Assembly: GCF_000354175.2 (NCBI RefSeq)
Contig: NC_022349.1
Coordinates: 2,190,001 to 2,222,000 of the forward strand
Source of the DNA: Vibrio alginolyticus NBRC 15630 = ATCC 17749
GTDB lineage: Bacteria; Pseudomonadota; Gammaproteobacteria; Enterobacterales; Vibrionaceae
Length of the DNA: 32,000 nt
Reading direction: 5' to 3'
The position numbers and the translations under genes are program-made. Every line of letters starts with the position of its first letter. Positions within the stretch are counted from its first letter, which is position 1. The notes beneath the pieces are model-generated. The model was not told the DNA's origin, ran no database searches, and worked only from the letters and a program-made list of their open reading frames with translations. This document shows, in pieces, positions 16,437-26,116 of the stretch.

Positions 16437-17570
16437 ATGAGTAAGGAACTAAACGAGATAGCCAACGACCTAAAGAAGGCGAATAAAAAAGTACAACTGA
16501 TTTATGCTTTTAACGGCACAGGTAAAACGCGTTTATCGCGCGCATTTAAAGAATTAGTCGCACCCAAAGATGACGCACAAGAAGAAGGAGATGGCGAAGC
16601 AGGCCAACAAGCACCACTGTCACGCCACAAAATTCTCTATTACAACGCATTTACTGAAGACCTCTTCTATTGGGATAACGATCTGGAAGGAGATGCTGAG
16701 CCTAAACTAAGGATTCAACCAAATACCTTTACCGATTGGATTCTCAAAGTTCAGGGACAAGAAGCTAACATTACTAAAATTTTCCAGCGTTATAGTAATG
16801 ACAAGCTCACACCTAATTTCAGCCAAGACTTTAGTCACGTTACATTCTCATTTGAACGAGGCAACGCAGAAAAAGAACCAAATGTAAAAATTTCCAAAGG
16901 TGAGGAAAGCAATTTTGTTTGGAGCATTTTTCACGGTCTTTTGGAGCAGGTGATCCGGGTACTCAATAACCCTGAGGAAGAAGATGGTGACGAGTTCCAA
17001 CAACTAGAGTACGTCTTTATTGATGATCCCGTCAGCTCTTTAGACGAAAATCATTTGATTGAGTTGGCCGTCAATCTAGCAGAGCTGATCAGAACAAGTC
17101 CGGACAAGCTTAAGTTTGTTATATCAACCCATAACCCTCTTTTTTACAATGTCTTGCACAATGAACTAAATAAGAAAACGTGTTATCTATTACAAAAATT
17201 TGAAGACGGCAGTTTTGAACTAAAAGAGAAGCAGGGGGGCGCAAATACCAGCTTTTCGTATCATTTGTATATCAAGCAATTGATTGAAAAGGCAATATCT
17301 GACAACGAAGTACAACGATTCCACTTCAACTTATTACGAAACCTGTATGAAAAGGTCGCGGCATTTTTGGGCTACTCGGATTGGACAGCGCTCCTCCCTG
17401 AGAATCGCGAACTGTATGCTAAACGAGTGATGCATTTTTACAGTCATCGCTCCTTGTCAAATGAAGAAGTTGCAGAACCCACAGAACCAGAAAAGCAGAC
17501 AGTAAAATTTCTGCTTGAACATTTATTAAATAACTACGGTTTTAAACTGCAAGGAGAAGCGAATGCCTAA
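16437..17570 (+). CDS. prrC: PrrC-like anticodon nuclease (ABC/AAA_13-type NTPase N-domain plus C-terminal nuclease domain)
   Basis: Walker A YAFNGTGKTRLS and Walker B YVFIDDPVSSLD are present. The C-terminal LLRNLYEK...FYSHRS gives R301-x3-E305 and H337, the same spacing I recall for the EcoPrrC catalytic R320/E324/H356. The gene sits between hsdS and hsdR of a type IC system, as in the E. coli prr locus. The start ATG at 16437 is 1 nt after the hsdS stop, with a GAGGGGG RBS. Confidence 0.75.
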   Translation: MSKELNEIANDLKKANKKVQLIYAFNGTGKTRLSRAFKELVAPKDDAQEEGDGEAGQQAPLSRHKILYYNAFTEDLFYWDNDLEGDAEPKLRIQPNTFTDWILKVQGQEANITKIFQRYSNDKLTPNFSQDFSHVTFSFERGNAEKEPNVKISKGEESNFVWSIFHGLLEQVIRVLNNPEEEDGDEFQQLEYVFIDDPVSSLDENHLIELAVNLAELIRTSPDKLKFVISTHNPLFYNVLHNELNKKTCYLLQKFEDGSFELKEKQGGANTSFSYHLYIKQLIEKAISDNEVQRFHFNLLRNLYEKVAAFLGYSDWTALLPENRELYAKRVMHFYSHRSLSNEEVAEPTEPEKQTVKFLLEHLLNNYGFKLQGEANA

Positions 17571-18594
17571 CCTCAGCCTACAAGACCAAACCTCAGAGTT
17601 CTTACTCTATACCGCGCCTAATGGCGATGTAAAAGTCGAAGTGTTACTCAGTGGTGAAACCATTTGGCTCACTCAAAAACGCATTGCACAGCTGTTTGGT
17701 GTGGGTGTGCCTGCCATTTCAAAGCACTTAGATAATATTTACGATTCAGGCGAACTGCAACGCGAGGCAACTATTTCCATTTTGGAAACAGTTCAACAAG
17801 AAGGCAAACGCGAAGTTAAACGCAAGCTGGAGTACTACAACCTAGATGCGGTGATTTCAGTAGGCTACCGAGTGAACTCAGCACAAGCGACGCAGTTTCG
17901 TATTTGGGCGACTCAGTTGATTAAGGACTACATCATCAAAGGCTTTGCCATGGATGATGAACGCCTTAAAAATGGCCGCTTCTTTGGCAAAGATTACTTT
18001 AAAGAGCTATTAGAACGCGTTCGCTCTATTCGTGCCAGTGAGCGACGTATTTACCAACAAATCACCGATATTTTTGCTGAATGCAGTATTGATTACGATC
18101 CTAAATCAGAAACCACTCGTCTGTTTTATGCTCATGTACAAGACAAATTTCACTTCGCTATTACAGGGCACACAGCAGCGGAAATCATCGCATTGAAGGC
18201 AGACGCCAACCAACCATTAATGGGCATGACGACATACAAAAACGCCCCTTCAGGTCGTGTGTTAAAATCGGATACCACTGTTGCCAAAAACTACCTTAGT
18301 GAAGACGAGATCAAAAAACTTGAACGTGCCGTTTCGGCTTTTTTTGATTACATTGAAGGCATTATTGAACGTAGAAATACCTTTACCATGGAGGCGTTCG
18401 CCGAAAGCGTCAATAAGTTTTTGACCTTTAATGAGTACCAGGTACTTGAAGGTTACGGCAGCGTTTCACGCAAGGCTGCTGAGCAAAAAGCTCATGCCGA
18501 ATATGAGCAATTTAACAAACAACAAAAGATCGAGTCTGACTTTGATCGTGAAGTAAAGAAGTTGCTCAATGATGGTAGAAAGAAAAAGGACTAG
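17563..18594 (+). CDS. rhuM: RhuM-family protein (virulence RhuM family; N-terminal DNA-binding-like domain)
   Basis: FLLYTAPNGDVKVEVLLSGETIWLTQKRIAQLFGV..NISKHL-type N-terminus, YYNLDAVISVGYRVNSAQATQFRIWAT and RASERRIYQQITDIF are typical of RhuM proteins embedded in type I R-M operons. It overlaps the prrC stop by 8 nt. Confidence 0.8.
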   Translation: MPNLSLQDQTSEFLLYTAPNGDVKVEVLLSGETIWLTQKRIAQLFGVGVPAISKHLDNIYDSGELQREATISILETVQQEGKREVKRKLEYYNLDAVISVGYRVNSAQATQFRIWATQLIKDYIIKGFAMDDERLKNGRFFGKDYFKELLERVRSIRASERRIYQQITDIFAECSIDYDPKSETTRLFYAHVQDKFHFAITGHTAAEIIALKADANQPLMGMTTYKNAPSGRVLKSDTTVAKNYLSEDEIKKLERAVSAFFDYIEGIIERRNTFTMEAFAESVNKFLTFNEYQVLEGYGSVSRKAAEQKAHAEYEQFNKQQKIESDFDREVKKLLNDGRKKKD

Positions 18595-18598
18595 ATAA

Positions 18599-21500
18599 AT
18601 GACCACCTCCTACAAAAGTATTGCGGAATCCAATAATTTTATTGTCCTAGATCGATATACCAAGCAATGGCAAGTCAATGACAGCTATCAGAGCGAAAGT
18701 GATTTAGAGCGTGAGTTAATCCAAGATTTAACTCAACAAGGCTACGAGTATGTGCCTAACCTCACAACACCTGACGCCATGATGGCCAATGTCCGTACGC
18801 AACTACAAACGCTCAATAAAACCACGTTTACTGACGCGGAGTGGTTGCGTTTTCAGGAGCAATATTTAAATACCCCAAGCGACAACATTATCGACAAAAC
18901 CCGTAAGGTTCACAGCGACTACATTTACGATTTTGTCTTTGATGATGGTCATATTGAAAATATCTATCTGTTTGACAAAAAAACGATTTCACGAAACAAA
19001 GTACAGGTGATCAAGCAGTTTGAGCAAACTGGCAGCCATGCGAATCGCTATGATGTGACTATATTGGTCAATGGATTGCCTTTAGTCCAAATCGAGCTTA
19101 AAAAGCGTGGTGTGGCCATTCGCGAAGCATTCAACCAAATACATCGTTACAGCAAAGAGAGCTTTAATGCAGAAAATTCTCTGTATAAGTTCTTGCAGTT
19201 ATTCGTGATCTCCAATGGCACCGATACACGCTATTTTGCAAATACCACCAAACGAGATAAAAACAGTTTTGACTTCACCATGAACTGGGCGGAGTCAAAC
19301 AACAAATTGATCAAAGATCTAAAAGATTTTACTGCCACGTTTTTCCAAAAAGAGACGCTACTGGAAGTGATTTTGCGCTATTCAGTATTTGATATCAGCA
19401 ATACTTTGCTGGTGATGCGCCCTTATCAAATCGCCGCCACAGAACGTATTTTATGGAAAATCAAGAGTGCATTTAACAGTAAGAGCTGGAGCAATACCAA
19501 GAGTGGCGGCTACATTTGGCACACCACTGGATCAGGTAAAACGCTCACCAGTTTCAAAGCGGCTCGCTTGGCTACTGATTTAGACTTTATTGATAAAGTT
19601 TTCTTTGTCGTAGACCGAAAAGACCTCGACTATCAAACGATGAAAGAATATCAGCGTTTTTCGCCTGATAGCGTCAATGGTTCCGACAGCACCGCAGGGC
19701 TTAAACGCAATCTGGATAAAGACGACAATAAAATCATTGTCACCACCATTCAAAAGCTCAACAACCTGATCAAAAGTGAAAAAGACTTACCTATCTACAA
19801 CAAGCAAGTAGTGTTTATTTTTGATGAATGCCATCGCAGCCAATTTGGTGAAGCACAGAAAAACTTAAAGAAGAAGTTTAAAAAGTACTACCAGTTCGGC
19901 TTTACTGGCACTCCTATCTTTGCTGGCTACAATGCCCTCGGCGCAGAAGATACGGCTTCTGTATTTGGCGAACAATTACATACCTATGTCATTACCGATG
20001 CTATTCGTGATGAAAAAGTCCTGAAATTCAAAGTGGACTACAATGATGTGCGTCCTCAATTCAAAAGCATTGAAACAGAGCAAGACGAACAGAAACTGAG
20101 TGCTTCAGAGACCAAGCAAGCTTTCTTGCACCCAATGCGAATACGTGAAATCTCACAGTACATCTTGAATCATTTCAATCAAAAAACGCACAGAGCCTAC
20201 TCTGGCGCTAAAGGTTTTAATGCCATGTTCGCAGTGAGTAGCGTTGACGCTGCCAAAGCCTATTATGAAACCTTCAAGACCCTACAAAGTGAAGCGTGTA
20301 ATGGCGTAGCAACTAAGCCACTTCGTATTGCGACCATCTTCTCGTTCTCTGCTAACGAGGAGCAGGATGCGATTGGTGATATCGCAGATGAAAACTTTGA
20401 AGTTACAGCGATGAATAGCAGCGCCAAAGAGTTTTTGAGTGCCGCGATTGCAGATTACAACGCGTTATTTAAAAGCAATTATGGGGTAGATAGTAACGGC
20501 TTTCAAAACTACTACCGCGACCTTGCTCAACGGGTGAAAAATCAAGAAATAGACCTGCTGATCGTGGTAGGGATGTTTTTAACAGGATTCGACGCCCCAA
20601 CACTTAACACTTTGTTTGTGGATAAGAACTTACGCTATCACGGTTTGATGCAAGCATTCTCGCGTACTAACCGTATTTACGATGCGACAAAGACCTTCGG
20701 CAACATTGTGACGTTTAGAGATTTAGAGCAAGCGACTATTGACGCCATTACCTTATTTGGGGATGACAACACCAGAAATGTATTACTCGAAAAGAGTTAC
20801 AAAGAATACATGGAAGGATTCCAAGATCTCCTTACCGATCAATATCGTCGCGGTTTTGTAGAGATCGTCAATGAACTACAAACGCGCTTTCCTGATCCTC
20901 AATCAATTGAGAAAGAAGAAGATAAAAAAGCCTTTGCTAAGCTGTTTGGCGAGTATCTAAAAGCAGAGAACATCCTACAAAACTACGATGAGTTTGCAGG
21001 CTTAAAAGCACTACAAAGCTTGGACATTAAGGATGAGCAGGCTGTTGAGGAGTTTAAGGCTAAATACTACCTCAACGATGATGACATTGAAAAAATGCAA
21101 GCGATCGCTATGCCAAGTGAGCGTGCAATTCAGGACTATCGTTCAACCTACAACGACACTCGTGACTGGTTACGCCGCCAAAAAGAAGGTAAAGATCAAG
21201 ACAAACCTTCTACCGTAGATTGGAATGATGTGGTTTTTGAAGTTGATTTACTTAAATCTCAAGAAATTAATCTCGACTACATTCTGGGGCTAATTTTTGA
21301 ACACAACAAGAAGAGTAAAACGAAAGAAGGTTTGATCGAGGAAATTCGTCGCCTGATACGGAGTAGCTTAGGAAACAGAGCAAAGGAAAGCTTAATAGTA
21401 GACTTTATTAATAAAACAAATCTTGATGAAATCACTGACAAAGCCAGCATTATCGATTCGTTTTACAAATTCGCGCAAGAAGAATTAAAGCGTGAAGCCA

Positions 21501-21721
21501 ATGATATTATTGTGTCTGAAAAGCTCAAGGAAGATGCAGCTAAGCGCTACATCGCGTCATCACTCAAACGAAGCTATGCCTCTGAAAATGGTACAGCTCT
21601 GACTGATGCACTGCCTAAGTTAAGCCCACTAAACCCACAGTATCGGACACAAAAGCAAACGGTTTTCCAGAAAATCGCGGCTTTTGTTGAAAAATTCAAA
21701 GGGATTGGGGAAACAATCTAA
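18599..21721 (+). CDS. hsdR: Type IC restriction endonuclease/translocase subunit HsdR
   Basis: 1040 aa. [35 protein letters not shown] (nuclease motif), [12 protein letters not shown] (helicase motif I), [10 protein letters not shown] (DEAH-like) and [34 protein letters not shown] are present. It is collinear with EcoR124I HsdR as I recall it. Confidence 0.93.
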   Translation: MTTSYKSIAESNNFIVLDRYTKQWQVNDSYQSESDLERELIQDLTQQGYEYVPNLTTPDAMMANVRTQLQTLNKTTFTDAEWLRFQEQYLNTPSDNIIDKTRKVHSDYIYDFVFDDGHIENIYLFDKKTISRNKVQVIKQFEQTGSHANRYDVTILVNGLPLVQIELKKRGVAIREAFNQIHRYSKESFNAENSLYKFLQLFVISNGTDTRYFANTTKRDKNSFDFTMNWAESNNKLIKDLKDFTATFFQKETLLEVILRYSVFDISNTLLVMRPYQIAATERILWKIKSAFNSKSWSNTKSGGYIWHTTGSGKTLTSFKAARLATDLDFIDKVFFVVDRKDLDYQTMKEYQRFSPDSVNGSDSTAGLKRNLDKDDNKIIVTTIQKLNNLIKSEKDLPIYNKQVVFIFDECHRSQFGEAQKNLKKKFKKYYQFGFTGTPIFAGYNALGAEDTASVFGEQLHTYVITDAIRDEKVLKFKVDYNDVRPQFKSIETEQDEQKLSASETKQAFLHPMRIREISQYILNHFNQKTHRAYSGAKGFNAMFAVSSVDAAKAYYETFKTLQSEACNGVATKPLRIATIFSFSANEEQDAIGDIADENFEVTAMNSSAKEFLSAAIADYNALFKSNYGVDSNGFQNYYRDLAQRVKNQEIDLLIVVGMFLTGFDAPTLNTLFVDKNLRYHGLMQAFSRTNRIYDATKTFGNIVTFRDLEQATIDAITLFGDDNTRNVLLEKSYKEYMEGFQDLLTDQYRRGFVEIVNELQTRFPDPQSIEKEEDKKAFAKLFGEYLKAENILQNYDEFAGLKALQSLDIKDEQAVEEFKAKYYLNDDDIEKMQAIAMPSERAIQDYRSTYNDTRDWLRRQKEGKDQDKPSTVDWNDVVFEVDLLKSQEINLDYILGLIFEHNKKSKTKEGLIEEIRRLIRSSLGNRAKESLIVDFINKTNLDEITDKASIIDSFYKFAQEELKREANDIIVSEKLKEDAAKRYIASSLKRSYASENGTALTDALPKLSPLNPQYRTQKQTVFQKIAAFVEKFKGIGETI

Positions 21722-21758
21722 CATAGTGAGATCAATGTCAGATCGCATTATTATCAAC

Positions 21759-21795
21759 AACGGGAGCTTGATGCTCCCGTTCTTTTTTATTTTTT
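21759..21795 (+). terminator. Rho-independent terminator of the hsd operon
   Basis: AACGGGAGC-TTGAT-GCTCCCGTT, followed by CTTTTTTATTTTTT. Confidence 0.75.
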
Positions 21796-21806
21796 GTGCC
21801 ATATCG

Positions 21807-23075
21807 CTATGCCGATTTCGACGCAGACAGAGGCACTACATTGGCAACCGTCAGAGATTGTAACTTCTCGCCCCAGGCTTGTAATACCACTAACTGTTCT
21901 TCAAGGTAATCGTGATGATTGTATACCCGCAACATACCTGGTAGCTGGTGGCCAACCGTCTTTTCAATCGCCACAATATCTAACCCCATTTCACTGCAAC
22001 GACTGATAAAGGTGCGGCGCAGATCGTGTGGTGAGAAACGCTCAAAATCATCCGGTAAGTTACGTTTAATTAGCGCACGTACTGCTGCGGGTTCCTGAAC
22101 CTTATCGGCCAAAAGCTGAGGCCAAACAAGTTTCCATTTGCTTGGTAGGCTCTCACGCTGCTCTTTAAGAAGCGCCAACAGGTAATCGCTTAATGGTACT
22201 TTCCGACTCTCCTGACTTTTGGTGTGGCGCTCCTCAGAGCTGGCAGGTAACAACCATACCTTTTCTTGCCAATCTATCTCACTCCAGTGCATTTCAAGCA
22301 CGGCACTAATACGTTGCCCACACCCAAGCAAAAACTGCATTAAACGGACGTTAGAAGGCTCTGTACGCCAAGAAGGCAAACTGGTTAGCAAAGTCTTCAA
22401 CTCTGAAAAGCTCAAATTGCGCTTGGTGACTTTAGAACCACCACCGACATCCTTGGATTTCAAATGTGGTGCAGGGTGTGCACCAATCATATTCAAAGCT
22501 AGCGCATGGTTGATCACCTGATTGATAATTCTATGGCATGCACTAATCGCACCCGCTTTTCGCTGTCCATTCTCATCAACCTTTGCATCAAATACTTTAT
22601 TAAGATCATGAATTCTCAACTCTTCTAGTTTGATGTGACCAAGAAATGGTTTGATATCCCGGCTATAGGTTGCCCTCGCTTGTTCTCCTCGTAGCTGCTT
22701 GGACAAACGCTTCTCGTCAAAACTGGCAAAAGCATCATCAAAAGTTTTTGCTTCCTCTTGCTCGCGCTGTTCACGTGCCAGTTCCTGCTTCGGATTTTTA
22801 TTGTTTTCCAGCCAGCTACGGTAACGCCCCGCTTCTGTTCGAGCCTGTTCAAGTGTCATCCCCGTTTCCGGTTTCAACTTAACATACCGCCCCATGGTGA
22901 TTTTTTCGTGTTTGTTACCAGCCTGAAAGCGAAAGATCCAAGTCATCGTGCCCGTTGGTCGAACGCGAATATTCAATCCTTCGATTTTCTTATCTGGAAT
23001 TAAGTATTCCTTGCCTTGTGGCTTCAATGCTTTCAATGTGGCATTCGTACTAATTTTATCGACTGGCTTGATCAT
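21807..23075 (-). CDS. int: P4/CP4-57-type tyrosine integrase (DUF4102 arm-binding N-domain)
   Basis: N-terminus LKPQGKEYLIPDKKIEGLNIRVRPTGTMTWIFRFQ. C-terminal catalytic region SPHDLRRTF..VGHQLPGMLRVYNHHDY. It lies adjacent to attR. Confidence 0.92.
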   Translation of the reverse strand: MIKPVDKISTNATLKALKPQGKEYLIPDKKIEGLNIRVRPTGTMTWIFRFQAGNKHEKITMGRYVKLKPETGMTLEQARTEAGRYRSWLENNKNPKQELAREQREQEEAKTFDDAFASFDEKRLSKQLRGEQARATYSRDIKPFLGHIKLEELRIHDLNKVFDAKVDENGQRKAGAISACHRIINQVINHALALNMIGAHPAPHLKSKDVGGGSKVTKRNLSFSELKTLLTSLPSWRTEPSNVRLMQFLLGCGQRISAVLEMHWSEIDWQEKVWLLPASSEERHTKSQESRKVPLSDYLLALLKEQRESLPSKWKLVWPQLLADKVQEPAAVRALIKRNLPDDFERFSPHDLRRTFISRCSEMGLDIVAIEKTVGHQLPGMLRVYNHHDYLEEQLVVLQAWGEKLQSLTVANVVPLSASKSA

Positions 23076-23096
23076 GACTGAAAAACCTCTGTATTT

Positions 23097-23120
23097 CTGG
23101 GTACGGCGTGGGGTACGGGG
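23097..23120 (+). repeat. Island-internal 23-bp repeat, right copy (candidate arm-type site), just upstream of int
   Basis: CTGGGTACGGCGTGGGGTACGGGG. A further GTACGGC half-site lies at about 23139..23145. Confidence 0.55.
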
Positions 23121-23248
23121 AAAGACGAGTTTTCATTGTACGGCTAAAGACGTCCTTGGACAATTAACAATTAAAATTCAATTAAAAACAACACATTAAA
23201 ATGCAAAGTTGGATTTTATAAGACATTACAAGATTCAGAGTTTGATTT

Positions 23249-23265
23249 ACCCACCACATGGAAGC
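23249..23265 (+). repeat. attR core (17-bp direct repeat)
   Basis: ACCCACCACATGGAAGC, identical to 2857..2873. Confidence 0.8.
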
Positions 23266-23293
23266 TGGCGTGCTATTGGAACGTAAAGCTTAG
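23249..23293 (+). pseudogene. trmA: Displaced original 3' end of trmA (14 codons plus stop)
   Basis: It translates [14 protein letters not shown], against the resident trmA end [14 protein letters not shown]. Downstream of the 17-bp core the DNA shows only synonymous-type similarity. Confidence 0.8.
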
Positions 23294-23310
23294 TCCACCA
23301 GCTTCAGACA

Positions 23311-23343
23311 AAAAAAAGCGAGCTCAATGGCTCGCTTTTTTTA
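23311..23343. terminator. Bidirectional terminator (ancestral trmA terminator; also serves yijD)
   Basis: AAAAAAAGCGAGC-TCAATG-GCTCGCTTTTTTT. Confidence 0.8.
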
Positions 23344-23358
23344 ATTTGATTCGTTTGC

Positions 23359-23724
23359 TTATTCCGCAGAAGTCTTCTTGCTGACAAAACCTAGCTTCTT
23401 ACCAATCCATGCGAGTAAGATCATTGAAACCATGATCGCGAAGAAGTTTGAGCCTGCTTCTGGGTATTGCGCTTTAATAAACGCAGAGTGACCAAACGCA
23501 CCTACGAAGAAACACGCCAAGCCAACTAATGGGATATCTTCTGATACCGGATTATTTAGGTACTCTTGGTAAAGAGCTTGTACAGCCAGTACGAGTGCAA
23601 TCAATGGGAAGATTGAAAAAGACACTTCACTCATGGTCAACCATGACAACAAAGCATCACCACACATACCTGCAACCAGTGCCAAAATCAGCGTTTTCTT
23701 TTCAGATTTATTTCCATTCGACAT
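23359..23724 (-). CDS. yijD: Inner-membrane protein YijD (DUF1422)
   Basis: 121 aa. LILALVAGM..FPLIALVLAV..YQEYLN..YPEAGSNFFA resembles E. coli YijD. It is coupled to fabR, as in enterobacteria. Confidence 0.8.
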   Translation of the reverse strand: MSNGNKSEKKTLILALVAGMCGDALLSWLTMSEVSFSIFPLIALVLAVQALYQEYLNNPVSEDIPLVGLACFFVGAFGHSAFIKAQYPEAGSNFFAIMVSMILLAWIGKKLGFVSKKTSAE

Positions 23725-24365
23725 TATTCTATCCCGCCTTTTAATCGGTTACGTTCACGTTCTTTGCGATACCAATAGGCCCCTTTGGCTATCATTCGCA
23801 ATTGCATGATCAATCGCTCGGCGAGTTCATCGCGCTCACGTCGATCTAAATCTAAAGCTTCAGCCCCCGAACTGAAAACCAAAGTCACAGACGCTTCTGC
23901 TTGAGTATACGCCTCTTCTCTGGTCACGCCGGTGCTCATTAAATACTCGGTTAATTCTGCCGCAAAATGCTGGATTTCTCGAGCAACAGCGGTACGAAAT
24001 TCAGCAGAAGTGCCGGAGCGCTCACGCAACAACAAACGAAAAACGTTCGGACTACTTTCAATGAATTCCATAAAGGTTTCGACCGAGGTACGAATTACGC
24101 TACCTTCTTTCACAATACGTTGACGCGCCTGACGCATCAGTTGGCGTAGTAGCAAACCGCCTTCATCAACCATGGTTAAGCCTAGCTCATCCATATCTTT
24201 GAAGTGACGATAAAAAGAAGTCGGTGCAATCCCTGCCTCTCGGGCGACTTCTCGCAAGCTAAGGCTGGAAAAGCTGCGATCCGCACTTAACTGACTAAAT
24301 GCCGCATCGATCAATGATCGACGTGTCTTCTCTTTTTGCTGTGCGCGGATTCCCATCGATTTCAT
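23724..24365 (-). CDS. fabR: TetR-family repressor of unsaturated fatty-acid synthesis FabR
   Basis: [51 protein letters not shown] is near-identical to E. coli FabR as I recall it. The start may be the ATG at 24356. Confidence 0.9.
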   Translation of the reverse strand: MKSMGIRAQQKEKTRRSLIDAAFSQLSADRSFSSLSLREVAREAGIAPTSFYRHFKDMDELGLTMVDEGGLLLRQLMRQARQRIVKEGSVIRTSVETFMEFIESSPNVFRLLLRERSGTSAEFRTAVAREIQHFAAELTEYLMSTGVTREEAYTQAEASVTLVFSSGAEALDLDRRERDELAERLIMQLRMIAKGAYWYRKERERNRLKGGIE

Positions 24366-24658
24366 TCTTAACTTGCTCTTTTTCTATAGGGTACAAGAGC
24401 CTCAATATAACGCAATTTGCTCCTACGGAGAAAGATATGTTGCTTCGCTCGCTCTGAGCGCCGAGAACGTTACTATTGGCATGCATCTAATTGCAATGTT
24501 CTCGATGCAATTTATAGACATACAACATACCAAATCACCCTTTTGGTCGATTCTGCGTGATCACTTCCACTCTCTAACAGGCATTACGTGTACCAATAGA
24601 GTAAATGAGTTAAAATCGCGCTAAAGCAATGTTAAGCAAATATAACAAGGAAGGCATC

Positions 24659-26059
24659 ATGGCGCATGTTAATCACTATGACGTGATCGTAATCGGTAGT
24701 GGCCCTGGCGGAGAAGGGGCTGCAATGGGATTAACCAAAGCGGGACTGAATGTTGCCATTGTCGAGAAAGAAAGCAGTGTCGGCGGCGGTTGTACTCACT
24801 GGGGTACCATTCCATCAAAAGCACTGCGTCATGCCGTTAGCCGCATCATCGAATTTAATAGCAACCCGCTATTTTGTCGAAACAACACCAGCGTTCATGC
24901 AACATTTTCTGACATTTTAGGTCATGCTAAATCGGTCATTGATAAGCAAACTCGACTTCGTCAGGGCTTTTATGACCGTAACTCATGCACACTTTTGTTC
25001 GGAACCGCGCGATTTATCGATAACTACTCAATTGCAGTGATGCAAAGCGACGGTACAGAAGAAATCTATTCTGCGGATAAGTTTGTCATCGCGACGGGTT
25101 CTCGCCCGTATCAGCCTAACGACGTAGATTTCTTGCATGAGCGCATCTACGACAGTGATTCCATTTTGAGCCTGCAACACGACCCTCGCCATATCATCAT
25201 TTACGGTGCGGGCGTTATCGGTTGTGAATACGCTTCTATCTTCCGCGGCCTTGGAGTGAAAACCGACCTTATCAATACCCGCGACCGCTTGTTGGAGTTT
25301 TTGGATAACGAAGTGTCAGATGCGCTGTCTTACCACTTCTGGAACAGCGGTGTAGTAATTCGTAATGATGAGACCTATGAAAAAATCGAAGGCACAGAAG
25401 ATGGCGTGATTATTCACCTACAATCTGGCAAGAAGATGAAGGCAGACTGCTTGTTGTATGCGAATGGTCGAACAGGTAACACCGATAAGTTGAATTTGGG
25501 TGCAGTGGGTCTGGAAGCGGACTCTCGCGGACAACTAAAAGTAAACCGTAACTACCAAACCGATATCGAACACATTTACGCTGTAGGCGATGTCATCGGT
25601 TACCCTAGCCTTGCAAGCGCCGCTTATGACCAAGGGCGATTTGTCGCACAAGCCATTACGAAAGGTCAGGCAGAAAACTACCTGATTGATGATATTCCAA
25701 CGGGTATCTACACCATCCCAGAGATTAGCTCTGTGGGTAAAACCGAGCAAGAGCTAACAGCTGCGAAAGTACCGTATGAAGTAGGACGCTCTTCGTTCAA
25801 GCATCTAGCTCGTGCACAGATCGCAGGGAAAGACATCGGCAGCTTGAAGATATTGTTCCATCGTGAAACCAAAGAAATTTTAGGGATTCACTGCTTTGGC
25901 GAACGTGCTGCGGAAATTATCCACATCGGTCAAGCCATTATGGAGCAAAAAGGCTCAGCGAATACCATCGAGTATTTCGTCAATACCACCTTCAACTATC
26001 CAACAATGGCCGAAGCGTATCGTGTCGCTGCGTTGAATGGTTTGAACCGCTTGTTCTAA
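24659..26059 (+). CDS. sthA: Soluble pyridine nucleotide transhydrogenase SthA
   Basis: [24 protein letters not shown] starts at the ATG at 24659, after AAGGAAGG. The product is 466 aa, as in E. coli SthA. The track start at 24629 adds 10 aa without support. Confidence 0.92.
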   Translation: MAHVNHYDVIVIGSGPGGEGAAMGLTKAGLNVAIVEKESSVGGGCTHWGTIPSKALRHAVSRIIEFNSNPLFCRNNTSVHATFSDILGHAKSVIDKQTRLRQGFYDRNSCTLLFGTARFIDNYSIAVMQSDGTEEIYSADKFVIATGSRPYQPNDVDFLHERIYDSDSILSLQHDPRHIIIYGAGVIGCEYASIFRGLGVKTDLINTRDRLLEFLDNEVSDALSYHFWNSGVVIRNDETYEKIEGTEDGVIIHLQSGKKMKADCLLYANGRTGNTDKLNLGAVGLEADSRGQLKVNRNYQTDIEHIYAVGDVIGYPSLASAAYDQGRFVAQAITKGQAENYLIDDIPTGIYTIPEISSVGKTEQELTAAKVPYEVGRSSFKHLARAQIAGKDIGSLKILFHRETKEILGIHCFGERAAEIIHIGQAIMEQKGSANTIEYFVNTTFNYPTMAEAYRVAALNGLNRLF

Positions 26060-26083
26060 TCTATGCTTCTTGATAGCAGACAG

Positions 26084-26113
26084 AAAAACAGCAGGCTTGG
26101 ACCTGCTGTTTTT
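26084..26113. terminator. Bidirectional terminator between convergent sthA and dinF
   Basis: AAAAACAGCAGG-CTTGGA-CCTGCTGTTTTT. Confidence 0.8.
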
Positions 26114-26116
26114 ATA

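Larger units (their letters stand above)
2857..23265. mobile_element. ~20.4 kb P4/CP4-57-like integrative genomic island inserted in the 3' end of trmA
   Basis: A perfect 17-bp direct repeat ACCCACCACATGGAAGC lies at 2857..2873 and 23249..23265. A tyrosine integrase sits at the right end and AlpA lies inside. The displaced original trmA tail and terminator follow the right repeat. The cargo region is visibly more AT-rich than the flanks. Confidence 0.85.

Noticed and set aside
21794-23199. Plus-strand ORFs overlapping int (21794..22006, 22219..22521, 22670..22882, 22758..23003, 22948..23199) and the minus ORF 22625..22852
   Set aside because: They are antisense or alternative frames of the integrase gene, which has clear DUF4102 and catalytic motifs.
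24373-24624. 83-aa plus-strand ORF in the fabR-sthA intergenic region
   Set aside because: It occupies the divergent promoter region, has no RBS and no recognisable sequence. sthA has a well-supported start at 24659.
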